Origin: Desulfosudaceae bacterium
GTDB taxonomy: Bacteria; Desulfobacterota; Desulfobacteria; Desulfobacterales; Desulfosudaceae
Direction of reading: 5' to 3'
Length of the DNA: 64,000 bases
NCBI GenBank assembly: GCA_963674745.2
Contig: CAXXDV010000001.1
Span: 2,560,001 to 2,624,000, forward strand
This document shows, piece by piece, positions 1 through 9,768 of the stretch. The position numbers and the translations under genes were made by a program. The first letter of the stretch is position 1; every line of letters begins with the position of its first letter. Under the pieces are notes generated by a model. It ran no database searches. It was not told where the DNA came from and saw only the letters and a program-made list of their open reading frames with translations.

Positions 1-780
1 GAAGATATCGTTCTCAAGGCCGAACTTTATGTTACAGAAGCGGAACGAAAAAAAATCGAATACCGCAATGACCTGAGATCGGCCAAAGACGGCCTGGGAA
101 ATCTGATCGGAATAGAGAACGTGTGCACGGATTTTGATGTCGTTAAACCGCATATGCGAACGGTTCCCGGAATGGATTACGAGTTTTTGTTAAATATCGC
201 CTTTGAAAACAGATACGATCATGAAATCGCATTATTGAACGTGAATGTGGCCGAGTCTGATGTCGATATTGTAAAGGCAAGGTTTCATCCGACACTTCAG
301 GCGAGCTGGGATTATTACATATCTGACCATGAAACCCTCAGCCGGGACAATGAATCCTGGATCGCCGCCATAACCATGGAGATACCGATTTTAGAGGGTA
401 CGTTGCGCTTCCGTGATCTGAAGGAGAAAAAAGAGGCGCTGAGTCAGGCGCGACTTAATCTGGACGCAAGAAAAAAGAAAATCAGGATACAGGTTCAGGA
501 TGCTATTCTTCAGGTCGATAGTTTTGAAGGCATTCTTAAGAACCTGGAAAAACAGGTGGAGCTGGCTCAAAAAAACTACGACATTATATCAACCCAGTTT
601 GAGTATGGATCGGCCACCAGCCTGTATTTGAATGAGGCGCTGACGGATCTGGACTCGGCTAAAACCGCATTAATTCATGCCACCTACAGCCAGCAGCAGG
701 TCCTGATTGATCTTGAAAGGGTCCTGGGGATATATGCACATGATTATATTAACAGCATAATTGAAGAGAAAGAGGAATAG
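1..780 (+). CDS. TolC-family outer membrane efflux protein (5' partial)
   Basis: Frame is open from base 1 to the stop at 780. Outer-membrane efflux repeat pattern (ARFHPTL, W..AIT..IPI..G, AQKNY....FEYGSAT). Confidence 0.85.
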   Translation, partial: EDIVLKAELYVTEAERKKIEYRNDLRSAKDGLGNLIGIENVCTDFDVVKPHMRTVPGMDYEFLLNIAFENRYDHEIALLNVNVAESDVDIVKARFHPTLQASWDYYISDHETLSRDNESWIAAITMEIPILEGTLRFRDLKEKKEALSQARLNLDARKKKIRIQVQDAILQVDSFEGILKNLEKQVELAQKNYDIISTQFEYGSATSLYLNEALTDLDSAKTALIHATYSQQQVLIDLERVLGIYAHDYINSIIEEKEE

Positions 781-825
781 GCGTTTTGCCCAATGCTTTA
801 TTGCTTTGTGAGCGGGGAGTTTTAA

Positions 826-1434
826 ATGACTGACGCGCGTTCAGGGAAGGAACCTCAAGACCGGGTTGTTATCGTATCGGGGTTGCCCCGGTCGGGAACA
901 TCAATGATGATGCAGATGCTTGAGGCCGGCGGGGCAGAGATTGTGACAGATGGTGTCCGTAAGGCGGACAATGATAACCCCAAAGGATACTATGAGTTCG
1001 AAAAAGTTAAGCAGATGCACGGTGGCACGGAATGGCTTGATGACTGTCCCGGCAAGGCCATAAAAATGGTTTCCCCCCTTTTGTCCCGGTTACCGGATGA
1101 CAGGTCGTACAAGGTTATTTTTATGCGAAGAGACCTTAAGGAGGTCCTTGCCTCTCAAAATGTCATGCTGAAACGGTTGGGACGACAGGGCGCCAATATT
1201 TCCGACGAGGAAATGATTGAGAAATTTGATGCTCATTTGCATGAAGTGGTGGGTTGGCTTGCTGATAAACATAATTTTGATGTTTTATACATTGATTTTA
1301 AAGATGTTGTCCGGCATCCGCATGAAACTGCGGTCGCTGTTAACCGGTTTTTAGAAAAAGCCCTGGATACCACCGCCATGGGTAATGTTGTTGAGCAAAA
1401 GCTTTACCGCCAGAAAAGCGGGGAAGGCGAATGA
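826..1434 (+). CDS. Sulfotransferase family protein
   Basis: N-terminal PAPS-binding loop IVSGLPRSGTS; later IFMRRDL..V.AS motif. Confidence 0.8.
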   Translation: MTDARSGKEPQDRVVIVSGLPRSGTSMMMQMLEAGGAEIVTDGVRKADNDNPKGYYEFEKVKQMHGGTEWLDDCPGKAIKMVSPLLSRLPDDRSYKVIFMRRDLKEVLASQNVMLKRLGRQGANISDEEMIEKFDAHLHEVVGWLADKHNFDVLYIDFKDVVRHPHETAVAVNRFLEKALDTTAMGNVVEQKLYRQKSGEGE

Positions 1435-1479
1435 TTGACGGCAAGCCGTCATGCCGGCAAATAGAAATGATAAGCGGGA

Positions 1480-2469
1480 TCAGTCTTTGTAACCGTGCGG
1501 ATGGGCCCGATGCCACTCCCAGGCAGTGGCGATGATGTCACGCAGTTCCGTGAAGGCGGGCTTCCAGCCAAGGTCTTTGAATGCTTTGTCGCTGGCGCTG
1601 ACCAGTTCACCCGGATCTCCGGCACGCCGGCCGGTGATTTCGACCGGAATTGATTTGCCGGTTACCCTACGGGCGGTTTCGATAATTTCCTTTACCGAAT
1701 AGCCGCCGCCATTGCCGAGGTTGTATCTGTCACCGGGATGGCCGTTCAGGAGTTTTTCCAGGGCCAGCAGGTGCGCCTGCGCCAGATCGTTGACGTGGAT
1801 ATAGTCGCGAACACAGCTGCCGTCCCGGGTAGGATAATCATCGCCGAAAATTTGGACCATTTCACGAATGCCCAGGGCGGTCTGCAGGACCAGGGGGATG
1901 AGGTGCGTCTCCGGCCGGTGATCCTCACCGATTTCACCCTCAGGGTCGGCACCGGAGGCGTTAAAGTATCTTAAGGAGATGTATTTCAACTCCCCGGCAG
2001 TGCTCAAATCCTTAAGGATCTGTTCAACCATTAATTTTGATCTGCCATAGGGGTTGATGGGATTCTGGGGGTGCTTTTCGGTCATGGGCGTTTTGACCGG
2101 TTCGCCGTAGGTCGCACAGGAAGAGGAAAAGATCAGGTTGTGAACCCGGTGCCGCTTCATGGCCTCCAGCAGGTTGATGGTGGCAAAGACATTATTATGG
2201 TAATAAATCAACGGGTTATTGACAGACTCATTGACATAGCAGGAAGCCGCAAAGTGCATAACGGCTGCGGGGTGATGCTCGGTAAAAATCCGGTCCAGCA
2301 GGGTGGTGTCCTCCAGGGATCCTTCGAAAAGCGGGCCCCATCGCACGGCCTGACGGTGGCCTGTTGTCAGGCTGTCTACCACGATGGGTTGATAACCGTT
2401 TGCTTTTAAATGTTTGCACATGGTTGAACCGATATAGCCGGCCCCACCGGTCACTAAAATATCTGTCAT
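1480..2469 (-). CDS. galE: UDP-glucose 4-epimerase
   Basis: TGGAGYIG, HFAA, SSSCATYG, YGRSK (YxxxK), LRYFN, RDYIHV motifs. Confidence 0.95.
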   Translation of the reverse strand: MTDILVTGGAGYIGSTMCKHLKANGYQPIVVDSLTTGHRQAVRWGPLFEGSLEDTTLLDRIFTEHHPAAVMHFAASCYVNESVNNPLIYYHNNVFATINLLEAMKRHRVHNLIFSSSCATYGEPVKTPMTEKHPQNPINPYGRSKLMVEQILKDLSTAGELKYISLRYFNASGADPEGEIGEDHRPETHLIPLVLQTALGIREMVQIFGDDYPTRDGSCVRDYIHVNDLAQAHLLALEKLLNGHPGDRYNLGNGGGYSVKEIIETARRVTGKSIPVEITGRRAGDPGELVSASDKAFKDLGWKPAFTELRDIIATAWEWHRAHPHGYKD

Positions 2470-2862
2470 GAGCGTTCCTGCCTGTCAAAGGTTAACAAAA
2501 GGGATGGAAGACAGTTATTGACGGTAAAAATGAAAATTATAAGCATGAAAAAAATGTTTTCGATGAAAAAATAAACGGAACGTATATGGCTCCGATTCCA
2601 AAATTACAGGCTACTATTATAAACGTGTCCTGCTATTAAAACAATTTATTTTAACAGAACAGCACTTTTTGTTATAAAACAGCCATTTTTTTAAATTATT
2701 AAAATTCATCGGCATTCTGCCATGGATCCAGCTCCGGCCCCTTTAATCAAGCTAATTGGTTGTTTTTTTTAATTTCTTGTGTTGAGTTTTGCAGCTGTAT
2801 CAGGCAGAATGTAACTCCGGTTCGTTACCCGGACTGAAAACATGAAGGCATAAACGAAATAA

Positions 2863-3255
2863 ATGGCGGGTAAAAAACATATGGCGCGTGAGAAAATAAA
2901 GGATGCGGGGCTGGCCCTGGTGTTGCTCCTGTTATGGGCGGCCTGGGGACTGGCTGATCTCCGTCACCCCTTAATTGCGGTTGCGGCCGTGTGTATCCTG
3001 TTGTGTATGCTGGTGCCCGGTGCGTTCCGGCCGTTTGCTTTTTTATGGTATGGATTGGGGCACGTTCTAGGGGCCGTGGTCTCTCGAGTTGTACTGACGA
3101 TAGTGTATACGCTGGTGGTCGTCCCCGTAGGTCTGGCAAGGCGGCTGGTCGGGAAGGATGCCATGCAGCTGAAACGTTGGAAACAAAATGATGGTTCGGT
3201 GTTTGTGGTGCGCGATCACCTGTATACTCCGGAAGATGTGTCCCATCCCTATTAG
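2863..3255 (+). CDS. SxtJ-like membrane protein
   Basis: Hydrophobic; W..LG..LG...SR..L...Y..V..P.G...R..GKD motif and C-terminal PY; lies upstream of a carbamoyltransferase. Confidence 0.75.
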   Translation: MAGKKHMAREKIKDAGLALVLLLLWAAWGLADLRHPLIAVAAVCILLCMLVPGAFRPFAFLWYGLGHVLGAVVSRVVLTIVYTLVVVPVGLARRLVGKDAMQLKRWKQNDGSVFVVRDHLYTPEDVSHPY

Positions 3256-3299
3256 ACCCTACTGGCGAGAAGCAACCCTATGAATAACAAGGATTAAAC

Positions 3300-3449
3300 A
3301 TGGAATTTTTTAAAGATTTGTGGGGCTTTTTAAATAAACGGAAAAAATACTGGCTGCTGCCGATTATATTGGTCCTCTTGTTCTTCGGGGCGCTGATTGT
3401 CCTGACCAGCGGAACCGCTGTGGCCCCATTTGTTTATACGTTATTTTAG
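3300..3449 (+). CDS. Small membrane protein, SxtK/DUF5989-like (49 aa, missing from the ORF track)
   Basis: Manual translation: MEFFKDLWGFLNKRKKYWLLPIILVLLFFGALIVLTSGTAVAPFVYTLF*. AAGGA lies upstream; the RKK.WL.P and APF.YTLF termini are typical of the family. Confidence 0.85.
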   Translation: MEFFKDLWGFLNKRKKYWLLPIILVLLFFGALIVLTSGTAVAPFVYTLF

Positions 3450-3463
3450 TCCGGAAGCTTGCG

Positions 3464-5338
3464 ATGAACGGACATATCCTCGGCATCTCAGCTTACTACC
3501 ATGACAGCGCGGCCGTGCTTTTGTCAGATGGTGATATTGTGGCCGCGGCCCACGAGGAGCGGTTTACACGCAAAAAGCATGATTCCGCTTTTCCGAAAAA
3601 CGCGGTTCGGTATGTTCTGGAGGAAGGCGCTGTAAGCATAGACGACCTTTCTGCTATCAGTTTTTATGATAAACCCTATCTGAAATTTGAACGTCTGCTG
3701 GAAACCTACCATGCTTTTGCTCCCCGGGGCCTGGTCAGCTTTATGGAGAGCGTACCGGTCTGGATAAAAGAAAAGCTGTTCATGAAAAACATGCTCTGGA
3801 AAGCGCTTGAGGACGTTGCCGGCGCACCGGTAAGGAAACGGCCGAAACTGCTTTTCCCCGAACATCATCTGTCCCATGCGGCCAGCGCTTTTTATGCTTC
3901 ACCCTTTGAATCGGCCGCCGTTCTGACCATTGACGGGGTGGGGGAATGGGCCACGGCTACCATATGTAACGCCGACGCCGGGGGGATGACCATTTTAAAA
4001 GAGTTGTGCTTTCCACATTCCGTGGGCCTGCTTTATTCGGCTTTTACGTATTACTGCGGTTTCAAGGTCAACAGTGGTGAGTATAAACTGATGGGGCTGG
4101 CACCCTATGGCAACCCGAACAGCGAACAATGTCGACGGTTTCGTAAGACAATTGAAGAACAACTGGTGGATATCCGGGAGGATGGGTCGATCCTTCTTAA
4201 CCTGGATTATTTCGACTTCGCCACGGGTTTGCGCATGTGTGCCGATAAAAAATGGGAAAAACTGTTCGGCCTGCCACGGCGTCTTCCTGAAAGCCCGCTT
4301 TCTCAACCATACATGGATATGGCCCTGGCCATTCAACAGGCGACTGAAACCATTGTTTTGCGCCTGGCCGAAACCGCCCGTAAAGAGACCGGCCGAAATA
4401 ATCTGGTCATGGCCGGCGGCGTGGCTTTGAACTGTGTCGCCAACGGGCGGCTGCTCGAGGCCGGTATTTTTGACAACCTGTGGATTCAGCCCGCCGCCGG
4501 TGACGCCGGCGGCGCTCTGGGAGCGGCTTACGCGGCGGATTACATCTGGAACAAACGCCAGTGGCGGCCCGATCCCGACGGGGCTGACAAAATGAAGGGC
4601 GCTTACCTCGGCCCGGCCTTCGAGGCGACTGATGTCCGGCGCATGGCCAGACGTTATGGGGCGGTTTATACGTCCTGCCCTGATATCGATGAACTTTGTC
4701 AAACAACCGCGGCACTTCTGGCCGAAGGCCGGGTGGTCGGCTGGTTCCAGGGCAGGATGGAGTTCGGCCCCAGGGCTCTGGGTAATCGGAGTATTCTCGG
4801 GGATCCCCGGATGCCGGATATGCAGAAGAAGCTCAACCTGAAAATAAAATACCGGGAAGGTTTTCGGCCTTTCGCGCCATCGGTTCTGATTGAAGATGCC
4901 GGGGAATATTTTGATCTAAAGACAGCTTCGCCCTATATGCTGCTGGTAGCGCCGGTTGGAGAAAAACGCCGCCGTCCCGTAACGGAGGGGTATGAACAAC
5001 TGTCCCTGTATGATCGTCTTTACACGCTTCGGTCCGATATCCCGGTGGTGACCCATGTTGATTTCTCCGCCCGTATCCAGACGGTACACCGCCGGACAAA
5101 TGAACGATACTGGCGCCTGATCGACGCTTTTAAATCCTTGACAGGTTATGGCGTGATTGTTAACACCAGTTTCAATGTCCGTGGTGAACCCATTGTCTGC
5201 ACCCCGGAAGACGCTTACCGATGTTTCATGAGAACCGCGATGGATTACCTTGTCATAAACGAGTTTATATTTGATAAACAGCAACAACCCGAATTTTCCG
5301 ATCCGGATGACTGGCAACAGACGTTTCAGCTGGATTGA
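3464..5338 (+). CDS. O-carbamoyltransferase (NodU/CmcH/SxtI family)
   Basis: YYHDSAA, EERFTRKKH, HHLSHAASAF, DGVGE, GEYKLMGLAPYG, GGVALNCVANG, EFGPRALGNRS, NTSFNVRGEP. Confidence 0.95.
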   Translation: MNGHILGISAYYHDSAAVLLSDGDIVAAAHEERFTRKKHDSAFPKNAVRYVLEEGAVSIDDLSAISFYDKPYLKFERLLETYHAFAPRGLVSFMESVPVWIKEKLFMKNMLWKALEDVAGAPVRKRPKLLFPEHHLSHAASAFYASPFESAAVLTIDGVGEWATATICNADAGGMTILKELCFPHSVGLLYSAFTYYCGFKVNSGEYKLMGLAPYGNPNSEQCRRFRKTIEEQLVDIREDGSILLNLDYFDFATGLRMCADKKWEKLFGLPRRLPESPLSQPYMDMALAIQQATETIVLRLAETARKETGRNNLVMAGGVALNCVANGRLLEAGIFDNLWIQPAAGDAGGALGAAYAADYIWNKRQWRPDPDGADKMKGAYLGPAFEATDVRRMARRYGAVYTSCPDIDELCQTTAALLAEGRVVGWFQGRMEFGPRALGNRSILGDPRMPDMQKKLNLKIKYREGFRPFAPSVLIEDAGEYFDLKTASPYMLLVAPVGEKRRRPVTEGYEQLSLYDRLYTLRSDIPVVTHVDFSARIQTVHRRTNERYWRLIDAFKSLTGYGVIVNTSFNVRGEPIVCTPEDAYRCFMRTAMDYLVINEFIFDKQQQPEFSDPDDWQQTFQLD

Positions 5339-5362
5339 TGGTGTTGTGGAGGATAAGGCGTT

Positions 5363-5980
5363 ATGGCCAAACGTGTTTTTCGTACCAGAAAAGAAATTAT
5401 AAAACTTTTTGAAGACCTGGGAATTGTATACCGGACCCGCACCCGCGTGGACTGGGAGCCGCTTTTTGATATCCGCCTGGATAAAAGTGCTTATTATATC
5501 GAGAATAAAGAAGAGTTTGAATCTCTTGCCAGGCGTTACGGCCCGTATGTTGAGCGGGAGGCCATGGCACCCGTTTATATCCGTCGGATCGACAAAACAA
5601 TCGGTTACGGTGTTTTCGCCGCCCGGGATATCCGCCGGGGAGACTTTATCGGTGAGTATGCCGGTGTGGTGCAGATTTCAGGAAAACACACGGATTGTTA
5701 TGACGATGACAAGGGATATGAGTCGGACTACAGCTGGTATTATCTGGACGAAATCGAAAAGGGCCCGGAGCTGGAAATAAACGGTCGCTTGGAAGGCAAC
5801 GAGATGCGTTTCGTCAATCACGGTGACAAGCCGAACCTGTGCGTGGAACACACCCTCTACCAGGGGCAGTGGGTATTGTTTTTTACGGCGGCCGTGGATA
5901 TCAAAAAAGATGAACAGCTGCTGATCAGTTACGGGGAGGCTTACTGGGACGAGAAATATCGCGAACAGCTGGCCATTTGA
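5363..5980 (+). CDS. SET-domain protein (putative protein-lysine N-methyltransferase)
   Basis: GYGVFA, FIGEYAG, RFVNH..PN, EQLLISYG..YW; GGAGG RBS. Confidence 0.85.
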   Translation: MAKRVFRTRKEIIKLFEDLGIVYRTRTRVDWEPLFDIRLDKSAYYIENKEEFESLARRYGPYVEREAMAPVYIRRIDKTIGYGVFAARDIRRGDFIGEYAGVVQISGKHTDCYDDDKGYESDYSWYYLDEIEKGPELEINGRLEGNEMRFVNHGDKPNLCVEHTLYQGQWVLFFTAAVDIKKDEQLLISYGEAYWDEKYREQLAI

Positions 5981-5992
5981 GTCTTGTCGGTT

Positions 5993-7294
5993 TTATCGCA
6001 TCATGGACGGCAGAAACAGCGTCAGTTGCGGGAATATGATGATCAGGGCGACCGCCACGATCAGTGCCGCCAGATAGGGCAACGACCCTTTGAAAATGGT
6101 CTCCAGCGGGATCTCCGGCACAACACTTTGTACCACATATACATTGATGCCCACCGGCGGGGTGATGACGCCGATCTGTGTCACCAGAACAATCACCACT
6201 CCGAACCAGACCGGATCGTAATTCAGGGCGGTCACCACCGGATAAAATATCGGGATGGTCAGCATGATCAACGCCAGGGCATCGATAAAACAGCCGCCGA
6301 TCAGAAAAACGAGAATAATCAATGTGATGATCGCGTATGGCGGCAGGTCAAGACTTCCCACCCAGCCTGCGATGGAAAACGGAATCTGGGTGACCGCCAG
6401 AAAATGACCGAAAATCGTGGCGCCGGTGACAATCACCATGATCATGCAGGTGATCCGGGTGGTTTCAGACAGGGCCTGTAAAAAGCCTTTAATTGAAATG
6501 TTGCGCCGCATGACGGCCACCAGCAGGGTGCCAAAGGCGCCGATACCCCCGGCCTCGGTCGGCGTAAAAAGCCCGGCAAACAGCCCCCCCATAACCATGA
6601 TAAACAGCAGAATCGTTTCGGATACCCCGGAAAGAGAGGCGATTTTTTCCGGCCAGGGCGTCCGCTCGCCTTTGGGTGCGCTTTGGGGAAACAGCATGGC
6701 CCAGCCGATGACGACCAGCATGAACAAGGCGGTCAGCAATATACCCGGCAGGATGCCGGCCACGAACAGCCTGCCGATGGACTGTTCGGTCATGATGCCG
6801 TAAATAATAAAAATAACACTGGGCGGGATCAGGATGCCCAGGCTGCCGCCGGCTGCTACGGCACCTGTGCCCAGACTGTCGTGATAATGGTATTTTTTCA
6901 TTTCCGGTATGGTAATGGAGGCCATGGTGGCGGCGGTGGCGTTGGTGGAGCCGCAAATGGCTGAAAAACCGGCGCAGGCGCCGATGGTGGCGACACCCAT
7001 GCCGCCCGGTAGATGCCCGATGAATTTATAAACCGTGCGATAGAGGCGGGTGCTGATACCGGCGTGAAAGGCAATCTGTCCCATCAGAATAAATAAAGGA
7101 ATTACCGTCAGGCTGTATGCTCCGAAAACTGCATAAATATCCTTGACGGCCATGTTCAGGGCGGCGTCCGGCGATATGATCCAGCCAAATCCTACGATAC
7201 CGACCAGTGCCATGGCAAATCCGACGGGCAGGTGGGCAAATATCAGCACCAGCAATGCCGCAAAACCGATGATACCGATCAGGGTGGGTGACAT
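5993..7294 (-). CDS. TRAP transporter large permease (DctM)
   Basis: IPLFILMG, GSLGILIPPS, LFVAGILPG, FTPTEA, ITPPVG motifs; about 12 hydrophobic segments. Confidence 0.95.
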   Translation of the reverse strand: MSPTLIGIIGFAALLVLIFAHLPVGFAMALVGIVGFGWIISPDAALNMAVKDIYAVFGAYSLTVIPLFILMGQIAFHAGISTRLYRTVYKFIGHLPGGMGVATIGACAGFSAICGSTNATAATMASITIPEMKKYHYHDSLGTGAVAAGGSLGILIPPSVIFIIYGIMTEQSIGRLFVAGILPGILLTALFMLVVIGWAMLFPQSAPKGERTPWPEKIASLSGVSETILLFIMVMGGLFAGLFTPTEAGGIGAFGTLLVAVMRRNISIKGFLQALSETTRITCMIMVIVTGATIFGHFLAVTQIPFSIAGWVGSLDLPPYAIITLIILVFLIGGCFIDALALIMLTIPIFYPVVTALNYDPVWFGVVIVLVTQIGVITPPVGINVYVVQSVVPEIPLETIFKGSLPYLAALIVAVALIIIFPQLTLFLPSMMR

Positions 7295-7807
7295 TTAGCA
7301 GTCTCCCCCGGACGACTCCGATTCGGCAAAAGGACGGATAATCTGGAGTATGAACACCGCGCATAGAACCATGCAACCGGCCGCGATACCGTAAATAAAG
7401 GGGTAAACCGGTACCTGTAATGTCATGGAGACTTCGCCTACCCGGCGTGCATCAGCTGCATATAGCAGGAGGTAGCGTGTGAGCAGAACAAACATAATGG
7501 CGCAGACCACGGTATTGATTCTGTCAATAAAACCGGTAATTCTCGGCGGGAATTTTTTGATCAGAAAGTCCACCGCGATATGCCCGCGATTGATTGAAGT
7601 CGCGGCCAGGGAAAAGGAAATCATCACCGCTCCAAGAAAGCCGACGATTTCATAAGTACCTGGTATCGGGCACCGGAAGAAGCGTAAAACAACATCCGCC
7701 GTGGTCAGCAGCATCATGCCCACTACCGCAACTGCCGCCAGTTGGTTGGCTACAGCCGCGACAGTGGAGATCCAGTAGTCAATTTTCTGAATAAAATGCA
7801 TCGTCAT
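7295..7807 (-). CDS. TRAP transporter small permease (DctQ)
   Basis: DVVLRFF..PI.G.YEI and GHIAVD motifs; 4 TM segments; between dctP and dctM. Confidence 0.9.
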   Translation of the reverse strand: MTMHFIQKIDYWISTVAAVANQLAAVAVVGMMLLTTADVVLRFFRCPIPGTYEIVGFLGAVMISFSLAATSINRGHIAVDFLIKKFPPRITGFIDRINTVVCAIMFVLLTRYLLLYAADARRVGEVSMTLQVPVYPFIYGIAAGCMVLCAVFILQIIRPFAESESSGGDC

Positions 7808-7811
7808 ACGG

Positions 7812-8822
7812 CTATTTTTTTAGCAGGTCACGCAGGGTGTCGACATATTTTTTGCCGGACAGATTTTTTTCTTTCGCGGCGGTGATATAATCATCGATGA
7901 CGGTTTGTACCTTGTCGTTCCAGAGAGCGGTCTGCTCATCTGATAACTGAACAATACTGTTCCCCAAACTTAATGTGTATTCGCGACCGGCCGCGTCGGC
8001 TTCATCCCAGGCCAGGCCGTGATTTTTAATTGCCTGCCGGCTGGTTTCCTCGAAAAGTGCCTGTATTTCTTCGGGCAGGCTGTTCCATTTGTCCAGGTTC
8101 ATGACAACATACATAGTAGTGGTGTAGCCGATGGAGGTGCATTCCGTGGTCGATTTGATGACCTCACCCTGGCGCCATCCTTTTAAGACCTCCATAGGTC
8201 CGAAGGTGCCTTCGACAACGCCTTTTTTAAGCGATTCATAGGTGTCTCCCTGGGACATGGCCACCGGAACACCGCCAAGCGCCTTGACAATCTTGGCACT
8301 CAATCCCGTAGAACGAATTTTCATGCCTTTTAAGTCATCAAGGGTAGTGACCGGTTTGCCGGTATGCAGGAGGCCGGGGCCGTGGGCGTGAAGATAAAGG
8401 ACCTTGACATCGGCCAGTTCCTCCGGGTGGATCGCCGTGTAAAAGTCATTGACGACTTTGCTGGCGGTTATGCCGTTCGGATACCCCAAGGGGAGGTCGG
8501 CTGCTTCCATAACCGGAAAACGGCCGCGGGTATAAGCGAAACAGGACATGCCGATATCAGCGATGCCTTTGACGACACTGTCGTATGTCTGCGGCGCGGG
8601 CGTCAGGGTGCCGCCGGGAAAGACCGTGATATCGACCTTGCCGCCGGATTTTTCATTAATGGTTTTGGCCCATTCCATACCGGCCTGGCACTGAACATGA
8701 GAGGCCGGGAAAAAAATGCTGTAGTTGAGTTTAATGGTTTTTGCCTCGGTTGGTGCGGTCAGGGTGACGGACAGCAGAACCAAAAGTATGATCAGGGTGA
8801 AATGAAATAAACGGTTGCCCAT
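7812..8822 (-). CDS. TRAP transporter substrate-binding protein (DctP)
   Basis: Signal peptide from the ATG at 8822 (AAGGAGG RBS); FPGGTL, DLKGMKIR, YESLKKGVVEG, VMN..KWNSLP. Confidence 0.9.
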   Translation of the reverse strand: MGNRLFHFTLIILLVLLSVTLTAPTEAKTIKLNYSIFFPASHVQCQAGMEWAKTINEKSGGKVDITVFPGGTLTPAPQTYDSVVKGIADIGMSCFAYTRGRFPVMEAADLPLGYPNGITASKVVNDFYTAIHPEELADVKVLYLHAHGPGLLHTGKPVTTLDDLKGMKIRSTGLSAKIVKALGGVPVAMSQGDTYESLKKGVVEGTFGPMEVLKGWRQGEVIKSTTECTSIGYTTTMYVVMNLDKWNSLPEEIQALFEETSRQAIKNHGLAWDEADAAGREYTLSLGNSIVQLSDEQTALWNDKVQTVIDDYITAAKEKNLSGKKYVDTLRDLLKK

Positions 8823-9094
8823 AACGGCCCTCCTTGTACATGGTTGATTAACGTGACTTCTTATACAATCCGTAAACCGTTTTGGTGTCAAGCCTTTTTT
8901 GGCTCGGTATCAGGGCTTGGTGTTGTGTCCGGGCGAAAAACAGAGAGATAATATTAACCATTTTGTTTTTAAGCAGCAAAAAAAGGTTTGACACTTTTTC
9001 ACCTCAGCGATTAGCATAGAAAAATAACTGGAGGGGAAACCGGCCTTTGCCGTCGGTCACCGAAAAATGATTATCAGGGCCATAAGGAGGTCGC

Positions 9095-9733
9095 ATGCGA
9101 TACAGTAAATATTTTAAACCGTTGAATAAGATGCGGATGATGGTTGTCCTTTGGCTTGCCCTGGGAATTGTCATCCTACCGGCCTGTTCCAAAAAGCCGG
9201 GAGATGACGGACAATCTGCCGGACAACCGGCGCTGACCGACAAAGCCGAGGAAAAACCGTTAACCCTTCAGGATAAGCGCCAGGAAATGCTCAAGCAGCT
9301 GCAGCAGATTAGAGGTGAATTGATTATCATGCAGGGTACAATCCTGAAAAAATATCCGGAATTGTCTGATGAGCAGGGCGCATTAAAAAACCGGATTGAA
9401 GAAAAAATGACATCTCTGCTGGTCGAGAAGGATATTGATCTCCAGCAGCTTCAGCTGCTTCAGAAAAAGCTTCAGGACCCGAACCTGCCCCAGGAAGAGA
9501 AAACAACCTTGATGCAGGAATTCCAGACAAAAGCGAAGCTGGCCAGGCAGGCGCGGGTCGATGCCATGAATGACCAGGCGATCAAGGACGCTTATCAGCA
9601 GTATGAAACACACCTGAAGGAAAAGTTGATCGCCGATCATCCCAACGCGCTTGAAAAGATGGAGGCGTTTGACAAAATCCAGGCCAGCCTGCAGGCACTT
9701 GAAGCGAATGCAGGTGTTGTGCCGGCCAATTAA
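9095..9733 (+). CDS. Hypothetical lipoprotein, Gln/Lys/Glu-rich helical
   Basis: AAGGAGG RBS; signal peptide with lipobox LPAC; long coiled-coil-like composition. Confidence 0.65.
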   Translation: MRYSKYFKPLNKMRMMVVLWLALGIVILPACSKKPGDDGQSAGQPALTDKAEEKPLTLQDKRQEMLKQLQQIRGELIIMQGTILKKYPELSDEQGALKNRIEEKMTSLLVEKDIDLQQLQLLQKKLQDPNLPQEEKTTLMQEFQTKAKLARQARVDAMNDQAIKDAYQQYETHLKEKLIADHPNALEKMEAFDKIQASLQALEANAGVVPAN

Positions 9734-9768
9734 CCTCTTTTGATGTATCGGGTTAACCCGGATGAATA

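Noticed and set aside
1436..1451. TGACGGC-AA-GCCGTCA hairpin as a remnant of the MITE-like family
   Set aside because: It shares only 6-bp ends and lacks the TAAAAAG part; a simple hairpin between convergent genes explains it.
2863..5338. Saxitoxin biosynthesis (sxtI/J/K-like genes, nearby sulfotransferase)
   Set aside because: No sxtA, sxtG, sxtB or other core genes are in the window, and this triad also occurs outside toxin clusters.
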